Below, in pieces: positions 50,076-61,491 of a DNA stretch of 64,000 bases. The DNA comes from Candidatus Omnitrophota bacterium. GTDB lineage: Bacteria > Omnitrophota > Gorgyraeia > JAHJTE01. The stretch covers positions 257,332-321,331 of the forward strand of contig JAHJTE010000001.1 in assembly GCA_018830005.1 (NCBI GenBank), in the 5' to 3' direction. The position numbers were made by a program, and so were the translations under genes. The notes under the pieces are model-generated. The model did not search any database, was not told the DNA's origin, and saw only the letters and a list, made by a program, of their open reading frames with translations. Every line of letters starts with the position of its first letter. Positions within the stretch are counted from its first letter, which is position 1.

Positions 50076-51401
50076 TTGGCAAACTTAAATATTGATAATA
50101 TGGTTTATGAGCTCGTAACCTCTAAAGATATAAGTCAAAAACATGAGATAGCTGTTAAAATCAGAAAACAGGCTCAGAAACAAGGAATATACCTAGCCTC
50201 TATTTATAACCTATATAAGGCACGTAGCCAGAATAAATTTAGCGGTTTTACGGTTCCGGCCATAAATTTACGTGCCCTCACTTATGATTTGGCAAGGGCA
50301 ATATTTCGCGTAGGCAATAGGCTCGCTAGCAGCGCCTTTATCTTAGAAATTGCCCGTTCAGAAATGGGTTACACTGATCAATCGCCAACAGAATACGCAG
50401 CCGTGTGTTTAGCAGCAGCTTTAAAGGAGAATTTTAAAGGTCCTGTATTTGTACAAGGCGATCATTTCCAGGTTAATGCCAAGAAATTTGCCAATAATGA
50501 CAAGAAAGAGACTGAGGCACTTAAAGATGTAATTTTTGACTCAATAAATGCAGGCTTTTTTAATATTGATATTGATAGTTCAACACTTGTTGATTTAGAT
50601 AAGTCTGATAAGCTAGAAGAGCAACGTCTGAATTTTGAAATTTGTGCCCAGATGAGTGCCTTTATTAGAGAGATAGAGCCAAAAGGCATAACTGTTTCTA
50701 TCGGCGGCGAGATTGGCGAGGTAGGAAAGGCTAATAGCACTCCTGAGGAGCTGGATGCCTTCATGCAAGGATATAATGAGGCAATATCAAAGACGAATAA
50801 GCTAGAGGGCCTGGCTAAAATAAGCGTTCAGACCGGCACAAGCCATGGAGGTGTTGTGCTGGCTGATGGAACAGTTGCCAAGGTAAAGCTTGACTTTGAT
50901 ACCTTAAAGATATTATCTAGAAATGCCCGCCAGAAGTATGGTATGGCAGGGGCAGTTCAGCATGGCGCTTCGACTTTGCCTGAGGATGCATTTGGAAAAT
51001 TCCCTGAAGTCGAAACAGCCGAAGTCCATCTTGCAACTCAGTTTCAGAATATGATTTATGAACATGAGGCCTTTGGGCAAGGTTTACGAGCTAAAATGTA
51101 TGATTGGATCGGAAAAAATTGTGCTGCAGAAAAAAAACCGGAGGAGACCGACGATCAATTTATCTACAAATTACGTAAAAAGGCCTTAGGTCCGTTTAAA
51201 AAAGAACTTATGGATTTGCCAGTTGCTACTAGAGAAACAATAGCCTCCTCTATTCAAGAGAAATTTGAATTTCTTTTTAAGCAATTAAAAATAGATAATA
51301 CGCGTGATTTAGTTGCTGCGTTTGTTTTGCCGGTTAATATTGGAATTAGTAAAGAATTAAAACGGCCAGCAGAAGTTAGGCACTTTGAAGGAGATGATTA
51401 A
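50076..51401 (+). CDS. Class II fructose-bisphosphate aldolase-like protein (long form)
   Basis: [28 protein letters not shown]; adjacent to pfkA. Confidence 0.8.
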   Translation: MANLNIDNMVYELVTSKDISQKHEIAVKIRKQAQKQGIYLASIYNLYKARSQNKFSGFTVPAINLRALTYDLARAIFRVGNRLASSAFILEIARSEMGYTDQSPTEYAAVCLAAALKENFKGPVFVQGDHFQVNAKKFANNDKKETEALKDVIFDSINAGFFNIDIDSSTLVDLDKSDKLEEQRLNFEICAQMSAFIREIEPKGITVSIGGEIGEVGKANSTPEELDAFMQGYNEAISKTNKLEGLAKISVQTGTSHGGVVLADGTVAKVKLDFDTLKILSRNARQKYGMAGAVQHGASTLPEDAFGKFPEVETAEVHLATQFQNMIYEHEAFGQGLRAKMYDWIGKNCAAEKKPEETDDQFIYKLRKKALGPFKKELMDLPVATRETIASSIQEKFEFLFKQLKIDNTRDLVAAFVLPVNIGISKELKRPAEVRHFEGDD

Positions 51402-51403
51402 AT

Positions 51404-53167
51404 ATGCCTAAGAGGCGAAAAAAAGTTAGAAGGAAATCTAGAAAAGTAACTAGAAAGCCAAAGAAAAAACCAGCTCTGAAAGTCAAAGAAAAAGAGAAAA
51501 AGGAATTGTCTTTGCGTTCAGATATTACAAAGAAAGGCGTTGAGCGTATTCCGCACCGCGCCCTGCTTTATGCTACGGGCTTAACACCTCAGGATATTGA
51601 TAAGCCATTTATTGGGATAGCCTCTTCTTTTTCTGATTTAGTTCCGGGTCATATAAATATGCGTTCTCAGGAACGGGCAATTGAGGCTGGGATACATTCT
51701 GCAGGAGGTAGGCCATTTATCTTTGGCGTGCCAGCTGTTTGTGACGGAATTGCAATGGGTCATTCTGGAATGCGCTATTCATTGCCATTGCGGGAAATAG
51801 TTGCTGATTCAGTTGAGACAGTGGCGAATGCGCATCAGTTGGATGGTTTAGTTTTGTTAACGAATTGCGATAAGATTACCCCTGGTATGCTTATGGCAGC
51901 AGCGCGGCTTAACATCCCTGCGATTGTGGTTACTGCAGGACCAATGTTAACGGGTAGGATGCGTGGTAAGCGCTTATCCTTAGTGCGCGACACATTTGAA
52001 GCAGTTACTAAGGCTAAAAAAGGTGAGATAAAACCCGATGAGTTAGAGAAGTTAGAAACCTGTACCTGTCCAGGAGCAGGTTCTTGTCAAGGGCTTTATA
52101 CTGCAAATACCATGTCCTGCCTTACTGAAACATTAGGCATGTCACTTTCAGGTTGCGCTACAGCTGGCGCAGTTAGTTCCAAAAAGGCACGTATTGCCTT
52201 TGAATCAGGCAGGAGAATTATTGATTTAGTGAAGAAGGACATCAGGCCAAGAAGCATTTTAACGCGCACAGCCTTTGAGAATGCAATAACCGTTGATATG
52301 GCCTTAGGCGGTTCAACTAATACTGTTTTGCATCTATTGGCAATTAGCTTTGAAGCAAATATTCATTTGCCATTGAAATTATTTGATTTGATTTCACGCA
52401 AGACTCCTAATATCTGTTCACTTGAGCCTGCGGGAGATTTTTATATGGAGGATTTAGAGGCTGCGGGTGGAATAGGAGCTGTTCTGAAGCAGCTAAGACC
52501 AAAGCTGAACAATACTCAGACATTGAGCGGTAAATCAATCTATCAATTAGCTGCTGAAGCAAATATCGAGGATGAAGAGGTTATCCGTTCCCTAAATCAG
52601 CCTTATAATAAACAAGGGGGCATTGCTATTCTTTTTGGTAATCTTGCTCCAGAAGGTGCAGTAGTAAAACAAAGTGCTGTAAGTAAACAGATGCACCACT
52701 TCACAGGAAGGGCTGTTGTCTTTGAATCCGAGGAAGAGGCAATGTCTGCGATTTTAGCTCTCAAGATTAAGAAGGGTCAAGTTATTGTAATTCGCAACGA
52801 AGGCCCTAAAGGAGGCCCGGGAATGAGAGAGATGCTTTCGCCTACTTCTGCTATTGTAGGTATGGGCCTTTCCGATAGTGTTGCTCTAATTACCGACGGA
52901 AGATTTTCCGGAGGTACACGCGGACCTTGCATTGGTCACATAAGCCCGGAAAGTATTGCAGGTGGTGTAATTTCAATTGTCGAGAATGATGATCGAATTG
53001 AAATAGATATCTCAAAGAGAAAAATAGAGCTACTTGTTTCTAAGAAAAAGATTATAGAGAGACTAAATCAAAAAAAGGCTATAGTAAAGCCAAAAGAACT
53101 GAGTGGCTATCTGGCAAGGTATGCTAAATTGGTAAGCTCTGCTAATTTAGGCGCTATACTTCGTTAA
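51404..53167 (+). CDS. ilvD: Dihydroxy-acid dehydratase
   Basis: [39 protein letters not shown]. Confidence 0.97.
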   Translation: MPKRRKKVRRKSRKVTRKPKKKPALKVKEKEKKELSLRSDITKKGVERIPHRALLYATGLTPQDIDKPFIGIASSFSDLVPGHINMRSQERAIEAGIHSAGGRPFIFGVPAVCDGIAMGHSGMRYSLPLREIVADSVETVANAHQLDGLVLLTNCDKITPGMLMAAARLNIPAIVVTAGPMLTGRMRGKRLSLVRDTFEAVTKAKKGEIKPDELEKLETCTCPGAGSCQGLYTANTMSCLTETLGMSLSGCATAGAVSSKKARIAFESGRRIIDLVKKDIRPRSILTRTAFENAITVDMALGGSTNTVLHLLAISFEANIHLPLKLFDLISRKTPNICSLEPAGDFYMEDLEAAGGIGAVLKQLRPKLNNTQTLSGKSIYQLAAEANIEDEEVIRSLNQPYNKQGGIAILFGNLAPEGAVVKQSAVSKQMHHFTGRAVVFESEEEAMSAILALKIKKGQVIVIRNEGPKGGPGMREMLSPTSAIVGMGLSDSVALITDGRFSGGTRGPCIGHISPESIAGGVISIVENDDRIEIDISKRKIELLVSKKKIIERLNQKKAIVKPKELSGYLARYAKLVSSANLGAILR

Positions 53168-53227
53168 CAAGGGATAGACAGAAAATCTTGATCAGTCCGG
53201 AATTGATTACTAGGGAGTACTGTTGAA

Positions 53228-54907
53228 ATGACAGACAAAAAGATGACAGGCGCACAGATTTTAATAGAGGCTCTTAAAAAAGAGAATGTTGAGGTAATCT
53301 TTGGTTATCCTGGTGGTTCTGTACTGCCTTTATTTGATGTATTATATGATGCGCCAATCAAGTTCATATTAACACGCCACGAACAGGCTGCTGCGCATGC
53401 TGCTGATGGTTATGCTCGCGCAACTGGAAAGGTTGGTGTTTGTATCGTAACCAGTGGTCCAGGTGCGACTAATCTAACTACGGGTTTGGCAACCGCCTTT
53501 ATGGACTCTGTTCCTGTTGTTGCTATTACCGGCCAGGTAAAGACACATCTCATCGGAAATGATGCCTTTCAGGAGGCAGATATTACAGGCATAACACGGC
53601 CGATAACAAAGCATAATTATCTTATAAAAGATGTCACTCATCTTTCGCGTACTGTAAGAGAGGCTTTTTATATTGCATCTAGTGGCAGGCCGGGTCCTGT
53701 AGTTATTGATATGCCTTCAGATGTTCAAACTGCTAAAGGAGAATTTAGCTGGAAACCACAGGCGGATATTCGCGGATATAAGCCAACTTATGTTGGTCAT
53801 CGGGGTCAAATCAAGAAGGCTGCAAGGCTTATTGAGAAGTCAAAAAGGCCTGTGCTCTATGTAGGTGGTGGAGTTATAATTTCTGGGGCATCTGATGCTT
53901 TAGGGGAATTGGCTGAGAGGTTACAGATTCCAGTTACTACCACACTTATGGGCATGGGAGCATTTGATATGAATCATGAGCTGTCTTTAGGTATGCTGGG
54001 TATGCATGGCACAGCCTATGCTAATCATGCGATAATGGAGTCAGATTTGATTATTGCTGTTGGTGCCCGTTTTGATGATCGTGTTACAGGTAGGATTGAT
54101 ATGTTTGCTCCGCATGCAAAGGTTATTCATATAGATATAGATCCAACCTCTATTAGTAAAAATATCAATGTAGATATTCCAATCGTCGGCGATGCAAAGA
54201 ATAACCTGGGCCAATTATTGGAGGTTATAAAGAATGCGGATACCAAAGATTGGCTCAAAAAAATAAAAGAGTGGAAAAAGAAGTATCCGCTTACCTATAA
54301 GAAGGATGACGATAAATTACGGCCACAATATGTTATTGAAGAGATTTACAGAGCTACCAAAGGTAAAGCAATTATTACTACAGAGGTGGGTCAGAATCAG
54401 ATGTGGGCTGCACAGTGGTATAAATATTCCCAACCCAGGACGTTTATTTCCAGCGGTGGTTTAGGAACTATGGGTTATGGATTTCCTGCAGCTATTGGCG
54501 CTAAAATTGGTTGTCCTGGAAAAACAGTTTTTGACATTGCTGGTGATGGCTCAATACAGATGAATATTCAGGAACTTGCAACAGCAGTGGAAAACAAGGT
54601 CGCAGTTAAGGTAGCTATTTTAAATAATGGTTTTTTAGGCATGGTGCGACAATGGCAGGAGCTTTTCTTCAAGAAGAGGTACTCTTATACGCATATGGTT
54701 AATCCTGATTTTGTAAAACTAGCAGAGAGTTATGGTGCCTTAGGAATCTGTATTAAGAAGAAGGCCCAGGTGCGTCCAGCTATCAAGAAGGCGATTGCAA
54801 CCAAAGGTGTTGTATTTTTGGATTTTCAGATCGAGAAAGAAGAGAATGTTTTTCCCATGGTTCCAGCGGGTGAGGCCATTAATCGCATGATAGGCGGCAT
54901 GGCCTAG
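53228..54907 (+). CDS. ilvB: Acetolactate synthase large subunit
   Basis: [24 protein letters not shown]. Confidence 0.95.
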   Translation: MTDKKMTGAQILIEALKKENVEVIFGYPGGSVLPLFDVLYDAPIKFILTRHEQAAAHAADGYARATGKVGVCIVTSGPGATNLTTGLATAFMDSVPVVAITGQVKTHLIGNDAFQEADITGITRPITKHNYLIKDVTHLSRTVREAFYIASSGRPGPVVIDMPSDVQTAKGEFSWKPQADIRGYKPTYVGHRGQIKKAARLIEKSKRPVLYVGGGVIISGASDALGELAERLQIPVTTTLMGMGAFDMNHELSLGMLGMHGTAYANHAIMESDLIIAVGARFDDRVTGRIDMFAPHAKVIHIDIDPTSISKNINVDIPIVGDAKNNLGQLLEVIKNADTKDWLKKIKEWKKKYPLTYKKDDDKLRPQYVIEEIYRATKGKAIITTEVGQNQMWAAQWYKYSQPRTFISSGGLGTMGYGFPAAIGAKIGCPGKTVFDIAGDGSIQMNIQELATAVENKVAVKVAILNNGFLGMVRQWQELFFKKRYSYTHMVNPDFVKLAESYGALGICIKKKAQVRPAIKKAIATKGVVFLDFQIEKEENVFPMVPAGEAINRMIGGMA

Positions 54908-54935
54908 ATAGGTAGGGAGTCAAGAGGAGTAAGAT

Positions 54936-55415
54936 ATGAAGCATACTATTTCAGTTTTAGTTGAAAATAGACCGGGTGTCTTAGCAAGAATCTCCGGGCT
55001 TTTTAGCGCTAGGGCATTTAATATTGATTCTTTGGCTGTGGGGGAAACACATGATCCTTCCATATCGCGCATGACTATCATCGTCGATGCTAAAGATGAA
55101 AGAGTCCTAGAGCAGATTAAGAAACAGCTGAATAAATTGATTGATACTATTTCTGTCACTGATTTAACAAACAGGGAATTTATTGAGAGGGAATTAATCC
55201 TTATAAAAATAGTATTCGCCCAGAAGAACAAAAAACAACTTGAGTCATTGTCCGAGAAGTTTCGTGCCCACATCCTTTTTATCAAAGGCCCTATGGCTAT
55301 TATTGAGATTTCTGATGAAAAGGAGAGAATCGATCAGTTTTTGAAAGAACTAGAGAGGTTTGAGATTAAGGAATTAGTTAGAACTGGAAGGATAGCAATA
55401 GACAAACATATTTGA
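54936..55415 (+). CDS. ilvN: Acetolactate synthase small subunit
   Basis: VENRPGVLARISGLF, NIDSL, QLNKL, RTG. Confidence 0.95.
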   Translation: MKHTISVLVENRPGVLARISGLFSARAFNIDSLAVGETHDPSISRMTIIVDAKDERVLEQIKKQLNKLIDTISVTDLTNREFIERELILIKIVFAQKNKKQLESLSEKFRAHILFIKGPMAIIEISDEKERIDQFLKELERFEIKELVRTGRIAIDKHI

Positions 55416-55476
55416 TTAACCCCTGTTGGTTTTGCCTATAGCAAGATCAAGTCGTTGGGATGAATAGGAGGTTTTA

Positions 55477-56469
55477 ATGGCAAAGATTTATTATGATAAT
55501 GATGCGGACTTAGAGGTAATAAAACACAAGCAAATTGCTATTATAGGTTATGGTATTCAGGGTCGCGGCCAGGCATTGTGTCTGCGTGATTCTGGTTGTA
55601 ATGTAATTATTTCTGAGTTAGAAGGAACAGATAATTTCCAACAGGCGAAGAAGGACGGATTTAATCCTGTCTTGGCCCAAGAAGCAGCAAAGAGTGCTGA
55701 TATTATTCAAATCTTGACCCAGGATCATGTTCAGGCCAAGGTCTATAAAGAAAGCATAAAGCCGAACTTAAAAAAGGGAAAAGCGCTTTGTTTTTCGCAC
55801 GGATTTAATATTAGGTTTAAGCAGATAAAGCCGCCAAAGAAAATCGATGTATTTATGGTTGCACCAAAAGGACCCGGAGCTTTGGTGAGGAGGATGTTTG
55901 AGCAGGGAAAAGGCGTGCCTTGTCTTTTAGCGGTTTTTCAGGATTCAACAGGTGGCGCAAAACAGCTGGCCTTAGCTTATGCCAAGGCAATTGGCGCAAC
56001 GCGTGCTGGCGTAATTGAGACTACGTTTGAAGAAGAGACTGAAACTGATTTATTCGGTGAGCAAGCTGTACTCTGCGGTGGTGCTACCGAGTTAATAAAG
56101 GCAGGATTCGATACATTAGTTGAGGCAGGATATCAGCCGGAGATTGCCTATTTTGAGGTATTACACGAGTTAAAACTTATTACAGATTTGGTTCAGGAGT
56201 TTGGAATTAGCGGTATGCGACGCAGGGTTTCAAATACTGCCTGCTACGGGGATTTAACACGCGGCCCTGTTATTATTGATGCGAAGACGCGAAAGAAGAT
56301 GCAAAAGATTTTAAAAGATGTAAAGAGCGGCAAATTTGCGCGTGAGTGGATTAAAGAAAACGAAACAGGTAGACCTGTTTTTAATAAATTATTAAAAGAA
56401 GGCGATGAGCATCCAATAGAGGAAGTCGGCAAGCAGTTACGCGAAATGATGCCTTGGATGAAAGAGTAG
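55477..56469 (+). CDS. ilvC: Ketol-acid reductoisomerase
   Basis: [29 protein letters not shown]. Confidence 0.97.
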   Translation: MAKIYYDNDADLEVIKHKQIAIIGYGIQGRGQALCLRDSGCNVIISELEGTDNFQQAKKDGFNPVLAQEAAKSADIIQILTQDHVQAKVYKESIKPNLKKGKALCFSHGFNIRFKQIKPPKKIDVFMVAPKGPGALVRRMFEQGKGVPCLLAVFQDSTGGAKQLALAYAKAIGATRAGVIETTFEEETETDLFGEQAVLCGGATELIKAGFDTLVEAGYQPEIAYFEVLHELKLITDLVQEFGISGMRRRVSNTACYGDLTRGPVIIDAKTRKKMQKILKDVKSGKFAREWIKENETGRPVFNKLLKEGDEHPIEEVGKQLREMMPWMKE

Positions 56470-56545
56470 TTCCCGCAAAAGTTTTTGCTGGATCAAGCAA
56501 AAAATAGACGCCAGATGGCATTTTTTGCTTGAGATGCCTTGGATG
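56448..56545. repeat. 13-bp direct repeat enclosing a 13-bp inverted repeat between ilvC and leuA
   Basis: GATGCCTTGGATG at 56448 and 56533; TCAAGCAAAAAAT (56493-56505) / ATTTTTTGCTTGA (56520-56532). Confidence 0.75.
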
Positions 56546-56569
56546 CGGGATGAAAGTAAGGGATAAGAA

Positions 56570-58075
56570 GTGAAAAAACTAATAATTTTCGACACAACTT
56601 TAAGAGATGGGGAACAGGCGCCAGGCGCAAGTCTTACCTTAAAAGAGAAGATTGAGATCGCCAGGCAACTCGTGCGCTTAGGGGTGAATGTTATTGAGGC
56701 AGGTTTTCCTGTATCTTCAAAGGGTGACTTTGAATCAGTAAGGACGATAGCAAAAGAAGTTAGGGGTACTACTATCTGCGGTTTAGCCAGGGCGCTTAAG
56801 AAAGACATGGACACAGCTTTAGGGGCAATAGAGCCTGCTAAGATGAAACTTTTGCATGTATTTCTTGCTACGTCTAAGATCCATATGAAGTACAAGTTAA
56901 GAAAGGCCAAAGAGGAGATATTGCGTATTGCAGTTGAGTCTGTGAGATATGCGAGAAAGAGAATTGAGGATATAGAGTTTTCTCCTGAAGATGCCAGCCG
57001 TACAGATCCTGAATTTTTGTTTCAGGTTATTGAAGCGGTTATTGATGCGGGTGCGTCTATAGTTAATATTCCAGATACAGTTGGTTTTTCCGATCCAGTT
57101 GAGTTCGGGCAGCTAATCCGTAAGATAAAAGAGAACGTGCCCAATATAGATAAGGCGATAATTTCAGTTCATTGCCATAATGATCTGGGCCTTGCAGTAG
57201 CCAATTCCTTATCTGCAATAAAAAATGGTGCACGGCAAGTTGAGTGTACGGTAAACGGCATAGGCGAACGTGCAGGCAATGCCTCAATGGAAGAGATTGT
57301 CATGGCAATAAAGACGCGGCCAGAGATTTTCTCAAATTTAAAAACAGATATTAATACTAAGGAAATTTATAAGTCATCTCGGCTGGTAAGCAAGCTTACT
57401 GGGTTTGTGGTTGCTCCTAATAAAGCGATTGTTGGCCTGAATGCCTTTCGTCATGAATCCGGAATACATCAAGATGGTGTTATTAAAAAGCCGATTACCT
57501 ATGAGATTATTAAACCTGAGGACGTTGGCTATACCGGTATAGGATTAGTTTTAGGCAAACATTCCGGCCGGCATGCCTTAAAGGAAAGATTGCAGTTATT
57601 CGGATTACATCTAAATGATTCTGAATTGGATAAGGTGTTTAAAGAGTTCAAGGACCTTGCAGATAAAAAGAAAGAGGTATTCGATGAGGACTTGATTGCT
57701 TTAGTAGAGGAGGAGATTGGAAAGGCCTCACATTTTTGGAAGTTGGAGGATTTAGAGGTAAATTCCGGATTACACATCACTCCTGCTGTTAAGATAACTT
57801 TAAAATTAAAAGGAAAGATTAAAAAGAGTATATCTAGTGGCGATGGGCCTATTGACGCCTGTTACAAGGCTATAGATAAGATTACAGGTATAAAGGGAGA
57901 ATTGCTGGATTATTCCATTCAATCAGTTACTGCAGGCAAGGATGCCTTAGGAGAAGTTAGCGTGCGGATTAAAGCCCGCAATAGAGAATCCCTGGGAAAA
58001 GGCAGAAGCACAGACATTATCGAGGCTTCAGTCAAGGCATATCTTAATGCGATTAGTAAAATTGCTAATAGATAA
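56570..58075 (+). CDS. leuA: 2-isopropylmalate synthase
   Basis: [32 protein letters not shown]-terminal regulatory domain. Confidence 0.95.
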   Translation: MKKLIIFDTTLRDGEQAPGASLTLKEKIEIARQLVRLGVNVIEAGFPVSSKGDFESVRTIAKEVRGTTICGLARALKKDMDTALGAIEPAKMKLLHVFLATSKIHMKYKLRKAKEEILRIAVESVRYARKRIEDIEFSPEDASRTDPEFLFQVIEAVIDAGASIVNIPDTVGFSDPVEFGQLIRKIKENVPNIDKAIISVHCHNDLGLAVANSLSAIKNGARQVECTVNGIGERAGNASMEEIVMAIKTRPEIFSNLKTDINTKEIYKSSRLVSKLTGFVVAPNKAIVGLNAFRHESGIHQDGVIKKPITYEIIKPEDVGYTGIGLVLGKHSGRHALKERLQLFGLHLNDSELDKVFKEFKDLADKKKEVFDEDLIALVEEEIGKASHFWKLEDLEVNSGLHITPAVKITLKLKGKIKKSISSGDGPIDACYKAIDKITGIKGELLDYSIQSVTAGKDALGEVSVRIKARNRESLGKGRSTDIIEASVKAYLNAISKIANR

Positions 58076-58081
58076 TAAATA

Positions 58082-58567
58082 ATGCTGATTCATTCAAGAA
58101 GAAGGAACATCCTGGGAATCTTTATAATTATAGTTGTGGCTGTGTTTGGCCTGTTGGCTTTTAAGCTAGTGAGATCAGGTGGCTTAGATGGGTTGAGAAC
58201 AAATATAGCTAGTGATCGCCAGGATTTAAAAACGCAGTTTGAGATAGTTAGAGCTAATACCCGAGATTTAATTTCCCCGTTGAGAAAACCGCCTTATTCA
58301 ACCTTGGCTCCTCAAGCGACTTTGGCTCAGATGCTGCCTCAGGCATTTGCTGAATTCCAAGAAGATGACTGGAGATATTTTTGGGAATTAATCTATGGTG
58401 TTCATGAGACAGATGATTATGGGAGCAATTATACCCCAAAGAGAAAAAGACAATTAAGCATCGAGGAAATAAAGGAAACCCTTAGCTATGATTACCCTGA
58501 AGTCTTTGGCAGGTTCAATGGACAAATGTGGGAAGAGTTCTGGAAGGTAGTATTTAAAAAATATTAA
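58082..58567 (+). CDS. Hypothetical membrane-anchored protein with an internal aromatic repeat
   Basis: N-terminal basic + hydrophobic anchor; tightly packed between leuA and aroE. Confidence 0.7.
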   Translation: MLIHSRRRNILGIFIIIVVAVFGLLAFKLVRSGGLDGLRTNIASDRQDLKTQFEIVRANTRDLISPLRKPPYSTLAPQATLAQMLPQAFAEFQEDDWRYFWELIYGVHETDDYGSNYTPKRKRQLSIEEIKETLSYDYPEVFGRFNGQMWEEFWKVVFKKY

Positions 58568-58572
58568 AGAGC

Positions 58573-59469
58573 ATGGCACAGAGTATCTTTGGTTTAATCG
58601 GTACATCATTAAAGCATAGCTTTTCGCCTGATATCCACAATGCAGTATTTAAAAAATTAGCAATAAATGCTCGCTATAGAATCTTCGAGCTGGAAGAGGA
58701 GCAGCTTAAGTCATTTTTATCCAGCGCCTTTGCAAAATCAATAAGAGGCCTTAACGTCACAATTCCCTATAAAGAGAAGGTAATACCTTTTTTGACTAGA
58801 TTAGATGCTGACACTCCCAGCGCTTTTACAATCGGAGCTGTCAATACGATTAAGGTAGAAGAGAGAGGGCTTACCGGCTATAATACTGATGGTGGTGGAT
58901 TTATTGATGCCCTTAACAGAATAGAACGGAGAGAAAATCATAGGCCCTTTGATTTTAAGAGTAAACTTTGTGTTATTCTCGGAGCAGGAGGAGCAGCTAA
59001 GGCAGTTGCTTTTGCTCTCGCCGCACAGAATGTAGGTGGTTTATATATTTACGATATCGACCACCCTAAGTCGAAAAAATTAGCGGCAGAGATAGGGTCG
59101 AAATTTCCTAAATCCTTTCCGCAAGCCTTAGAGAGTAAGGAGCAATTAGAGGCAATTGAGGACAGTCAGATTCTGGTAAATGCTACTCCTATAGGCATGA
59201 AGGCTACTGATGCGCCAGTAGTAAATGAGGATTTTTTGCATAAGGATTTATTTGTTTTTGATTGTGTATATAACCCCAAAGGCCGGCAAAGGACTATTTT
59301 GGTTGAGGAGGCAAGAAAAAAAGGACTGCGTGCCTTTGATGGCTTATGGATGCTAATATGTCAGGCTATCCGCTCGCAAAAGATATGGCTTGGCAGGAAA
59401 ATTCTGGAAGATGAAATTTTTAGAATTATGGCTGGGGCACTAGAAGAGAGGGGGCATCCTTTATGTTAG
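58573..59469 (+). CDS. aroE: Shikimate dehydrogenase
   Basis: HSFSPDIH, NVTIPYK, GAVNT, NTDG, GAGGAA, NATPIGM. Confidence 0.95.
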   Translation: MAQSIFGLIGTSLKHSFSPDIHNAVFKKLAINARYRIFELEEEQLKSFLSSAFAKSIRGLNVTIPYKEKVIPFLTRLDADTPSAFTIGAVNTIKVEERGLTGYNTDGGGFIDALNRIERRENHRPFDFKSKLCVILGAGGAAKAVAFALAAQNVGGLYIYDIDHPKSKKLAAEIGSKFPKSFPQALESKEQLEAIEDSQILVNATPIGMKATDAPVVNEDFLHKDLFVFDCVYNPKGRQRTILVEEARKKGLRAFDGLWMLICQAIRSQKIWLGRKILEDEIFRIMAGALEERGHPLC

Positions 59470-60236
59470 AGTATATTTTAGTATTTATAATCGCAAGTGC
59501 AGTAGGAAGTTTTCTTAATGTTTGTATTTATCGCATGCCGAAGAATGAATCAGTTATTATGCCTGGTTCGCATTGTCCGCATTGTGATAAGGAAATTAGT
59601 TGGTGTGATAATATTCCCATTTTGAGCTTTTTGATTTTAGGTGCAAGATGCAGAAAATGTAAAAAGAAGATAAGTATACGTTATTTTATCGTGGAACTTT
59701 TAACTGCATCTTTACTTTTGTTTTTGTACGTACAATTCGGTTTCACATTGAAATTTTTCATCTATGCAATCATTTTTTCAGGATTAATTGTTGCTTCCTT
59801 TATAGATTTGGAGCATCAAATTATTCCGGATGAGATTTCCGTTGGCGCTATTGTGTTGGGATTGATTGTTAATGTCGCCTTTCCCGGCCTGCATGGTTTT
59901 TCCAATTTAAAACAATCTCTTATTTTTTCAAGTCTAGGAATACTGATAGGTGGAGGCAGTCTTTATATTACAGGCATGATTGGAGACTTTATATTTAAAA
60001 AGGAATCAATGGGTGGTGGAGATATTAAACTACTTGCAGGTATCGGGGCTTTCCTGGGATGGAAAATAGCACTTTTAGTTTTTTTTGTTGCTCCCTTATT
60101 TGGGGCGATTATGGGATTGATAGTAAAGATAAGAAAGAAGATAAACGTTATACCTTATGGTCCATTTATTTCTTTGAGTACGTTTGTTGCGGTATTTTGG
60201 GGAGATAAAATAATTAATTGGATATTTAAGTATTGA
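59463..60236 (+). CDS. pilD: Type IV prepilin peptidase/methyltransferase
   Basis: GSFLNVCIYR, SHCPHC, CRKC, MGGGDIKL, PYGPF. Confidence 0.93.
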   Translation: MLEYILVFIIASAVGSFLNVCIYRMPKNESVIMPGSHCPHCDKEISWCDNIPILSFLILGARCRKCKKKISIRYFIVELLTASLLLFLYVQFGFTLKFFIYAIIFSGLIVASFIDLEHQIIPDEISVGAIVLGLIVNVAFPGLHGFSNLKQSLIFSSLGILIGGGSLYITGMIGDFIFKKESMGGGDIKLLAGIGAFLGWKIALLVFFVAPLFGAIMGLIVKIRKKINVIPYGPFISLSTFVAVFWGDKIINWIFKY

Positions 60237-60275
60237 TGCCGCTTTTGGCGGAGTTTATTTATAGGAGGACATAAA

Positions 60276-61316
60276 ATGTTGCGCTTTCTGACAGCTGGTG
60301 AGTCACATGGAAAATTCCTCGTGGCTATTTTAGAAGGCATGCCTGCCGGCCTGAGACTTGATATCAAAGAGATTAATGAAGAATTAAGGAGGCGTCAGCA
60401 GGGAGTAGGACGCGGAGCGAGAATGCGCTTAGAGCGAGATAAAGTTTTTGCTATTACTGGCCTGGCAAAAGGAAAAACTATCGGCGCTCCCATCGGGATT
60501 ATTATCAAAAATTGCGACTCCAGCATTGATAGGTTGCCTTTGGTTTTGGTTCCCCGGCCAGGACATGCTGATCTGGCTGGTGTTTTAAAGTACGGATTCA
60601 ATGATGCACGCTGCGTTCTAGAGAGGGCATCTGCCAGAGAGACGGCAGCACGCGTTGCAGTGGGTGCAGTATGTAAAATTCTCCTAGAACAGTTCAAGAT
60701 AAAGATAAAATCTCGTATTTTAAGTATAGGCGGATTGAGAGGAATCTCTGAAATAAAAAAACTCATAGCCGCAGCAAAGAGAAATAAGGATACCTTAGGT
60801 GGAATATTCCAGGTCCAAGTAAAGAATTGTCTTTGCGGGTTAGGAAGTTACGTTCATTATGAACGTAGGCTCGATGGCATATTAGCTGGAGCGATTATGT
60901 CCATACCAGCTATTAAAGCAGTTGAGATAGGTATGGGTTTAGCCTGCAGTGAGAAGTTTGGCTCAGAGGTTCAGGACGTGATTCATTTTGCTAATGGTAA
61001 ATTCCTTCGTTTGACTAATAATGCGGGTGGCCTAGAAGGTGGGGTTACTAATGGCCAGGATTTAGTCATCAGGGCAGCTATGAAGCCCATTTCGACGTTA
61101 GGTGATCCTTTAGATTCAGTTAATATTAGAACTAAGAAAAAAGCAAAGGCCTCTGTTCAGCGTTATGATACCTGTGCTGTTGAGGCAGCAAGCGTTATTG
61201 CCGAAAATATGGTTGCTTTTTGTCTATCGCAAGCTTTCTTAGAGAAGTTTGGCAATGACAATATGGAAGATATTAAGGTAAGTTTAGCACATTACAGAAA
61301 GCGAACGCGAAGCTAA
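60276..61316 (+). CDS. aroC: Chorismate synthase
   Basis: TAGESHG, PRPGHAD, ERASARETA, NNAGGLEGG, KPIST. Confidence 0.97.
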   Translation: MLRFLTAGESHGKFLVAILEGMPAGLRLDIKEINEELRRRQQGVGRGARMRLERDKVFAITGLAKGKTIGAPIGIIIKNCDSSIDRLPLVLVPRPGHADLAGVLKYGFNDARCVLERASARETAARVAVGAVCKILLEQFKIKIKSRILSIGGLRGISEIKKLIAAAKRNKDTLGGIFQVQVKNCLCGLGSYVHYERRLDGILAGAIMSIPAIKAVEIGMGLACSEKFGSEVQDVIHFANGKFLRLTNNAGGLEGGVTNGQDLVIRAAMKPISTLGDPLDSVNIRTKKKAKASVQRYDTCAVEAASVIAENMVAFCLSQAFLEKFGNDNMEDIKVSLAHYRKRTRS

Positions 61317-61341
61317 TCTATTTGAACAAGTTTCAAGTTCT

Positions 61342-61377
61342 AAGACCCCACATTATGCTGTGGGGTTTTGACTTTTT
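61342..61377 (+). terminator. Intrinsic terminator after aroC
   Basis: AAGACCCCACA-TTATGC-TGTGGGGTTTT followed by GACTTTTT. Confidence 0.7.
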
Positions 61378-61405
61378 AACTTATGTGACTAAGCTAGAGG
61401 TTAAG

Positions 61406-61434
61406 TTGACACATTCCTAAGGCGGTGTTAAAAT
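61406..61434 (+). promoter_or_regulatory. Sigma70 promoter for aroK-dprA-topA
   Basis: TTGACA-N17-TAAAAT with TGn extension. Confidence 0.7.
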
Positions 61435-61491
61435 TCAGGATATGATAAATAAGATTGCTGGATTGCATAACTTACTTTTTTTCAAGCTATT

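Noticed and set aside
60239-60251. CCGC-TTTTG-GCGG mini-hairpin between pilD and aroC
   Set aside because: Too short and single-copy in this window to call a terminator or REP element
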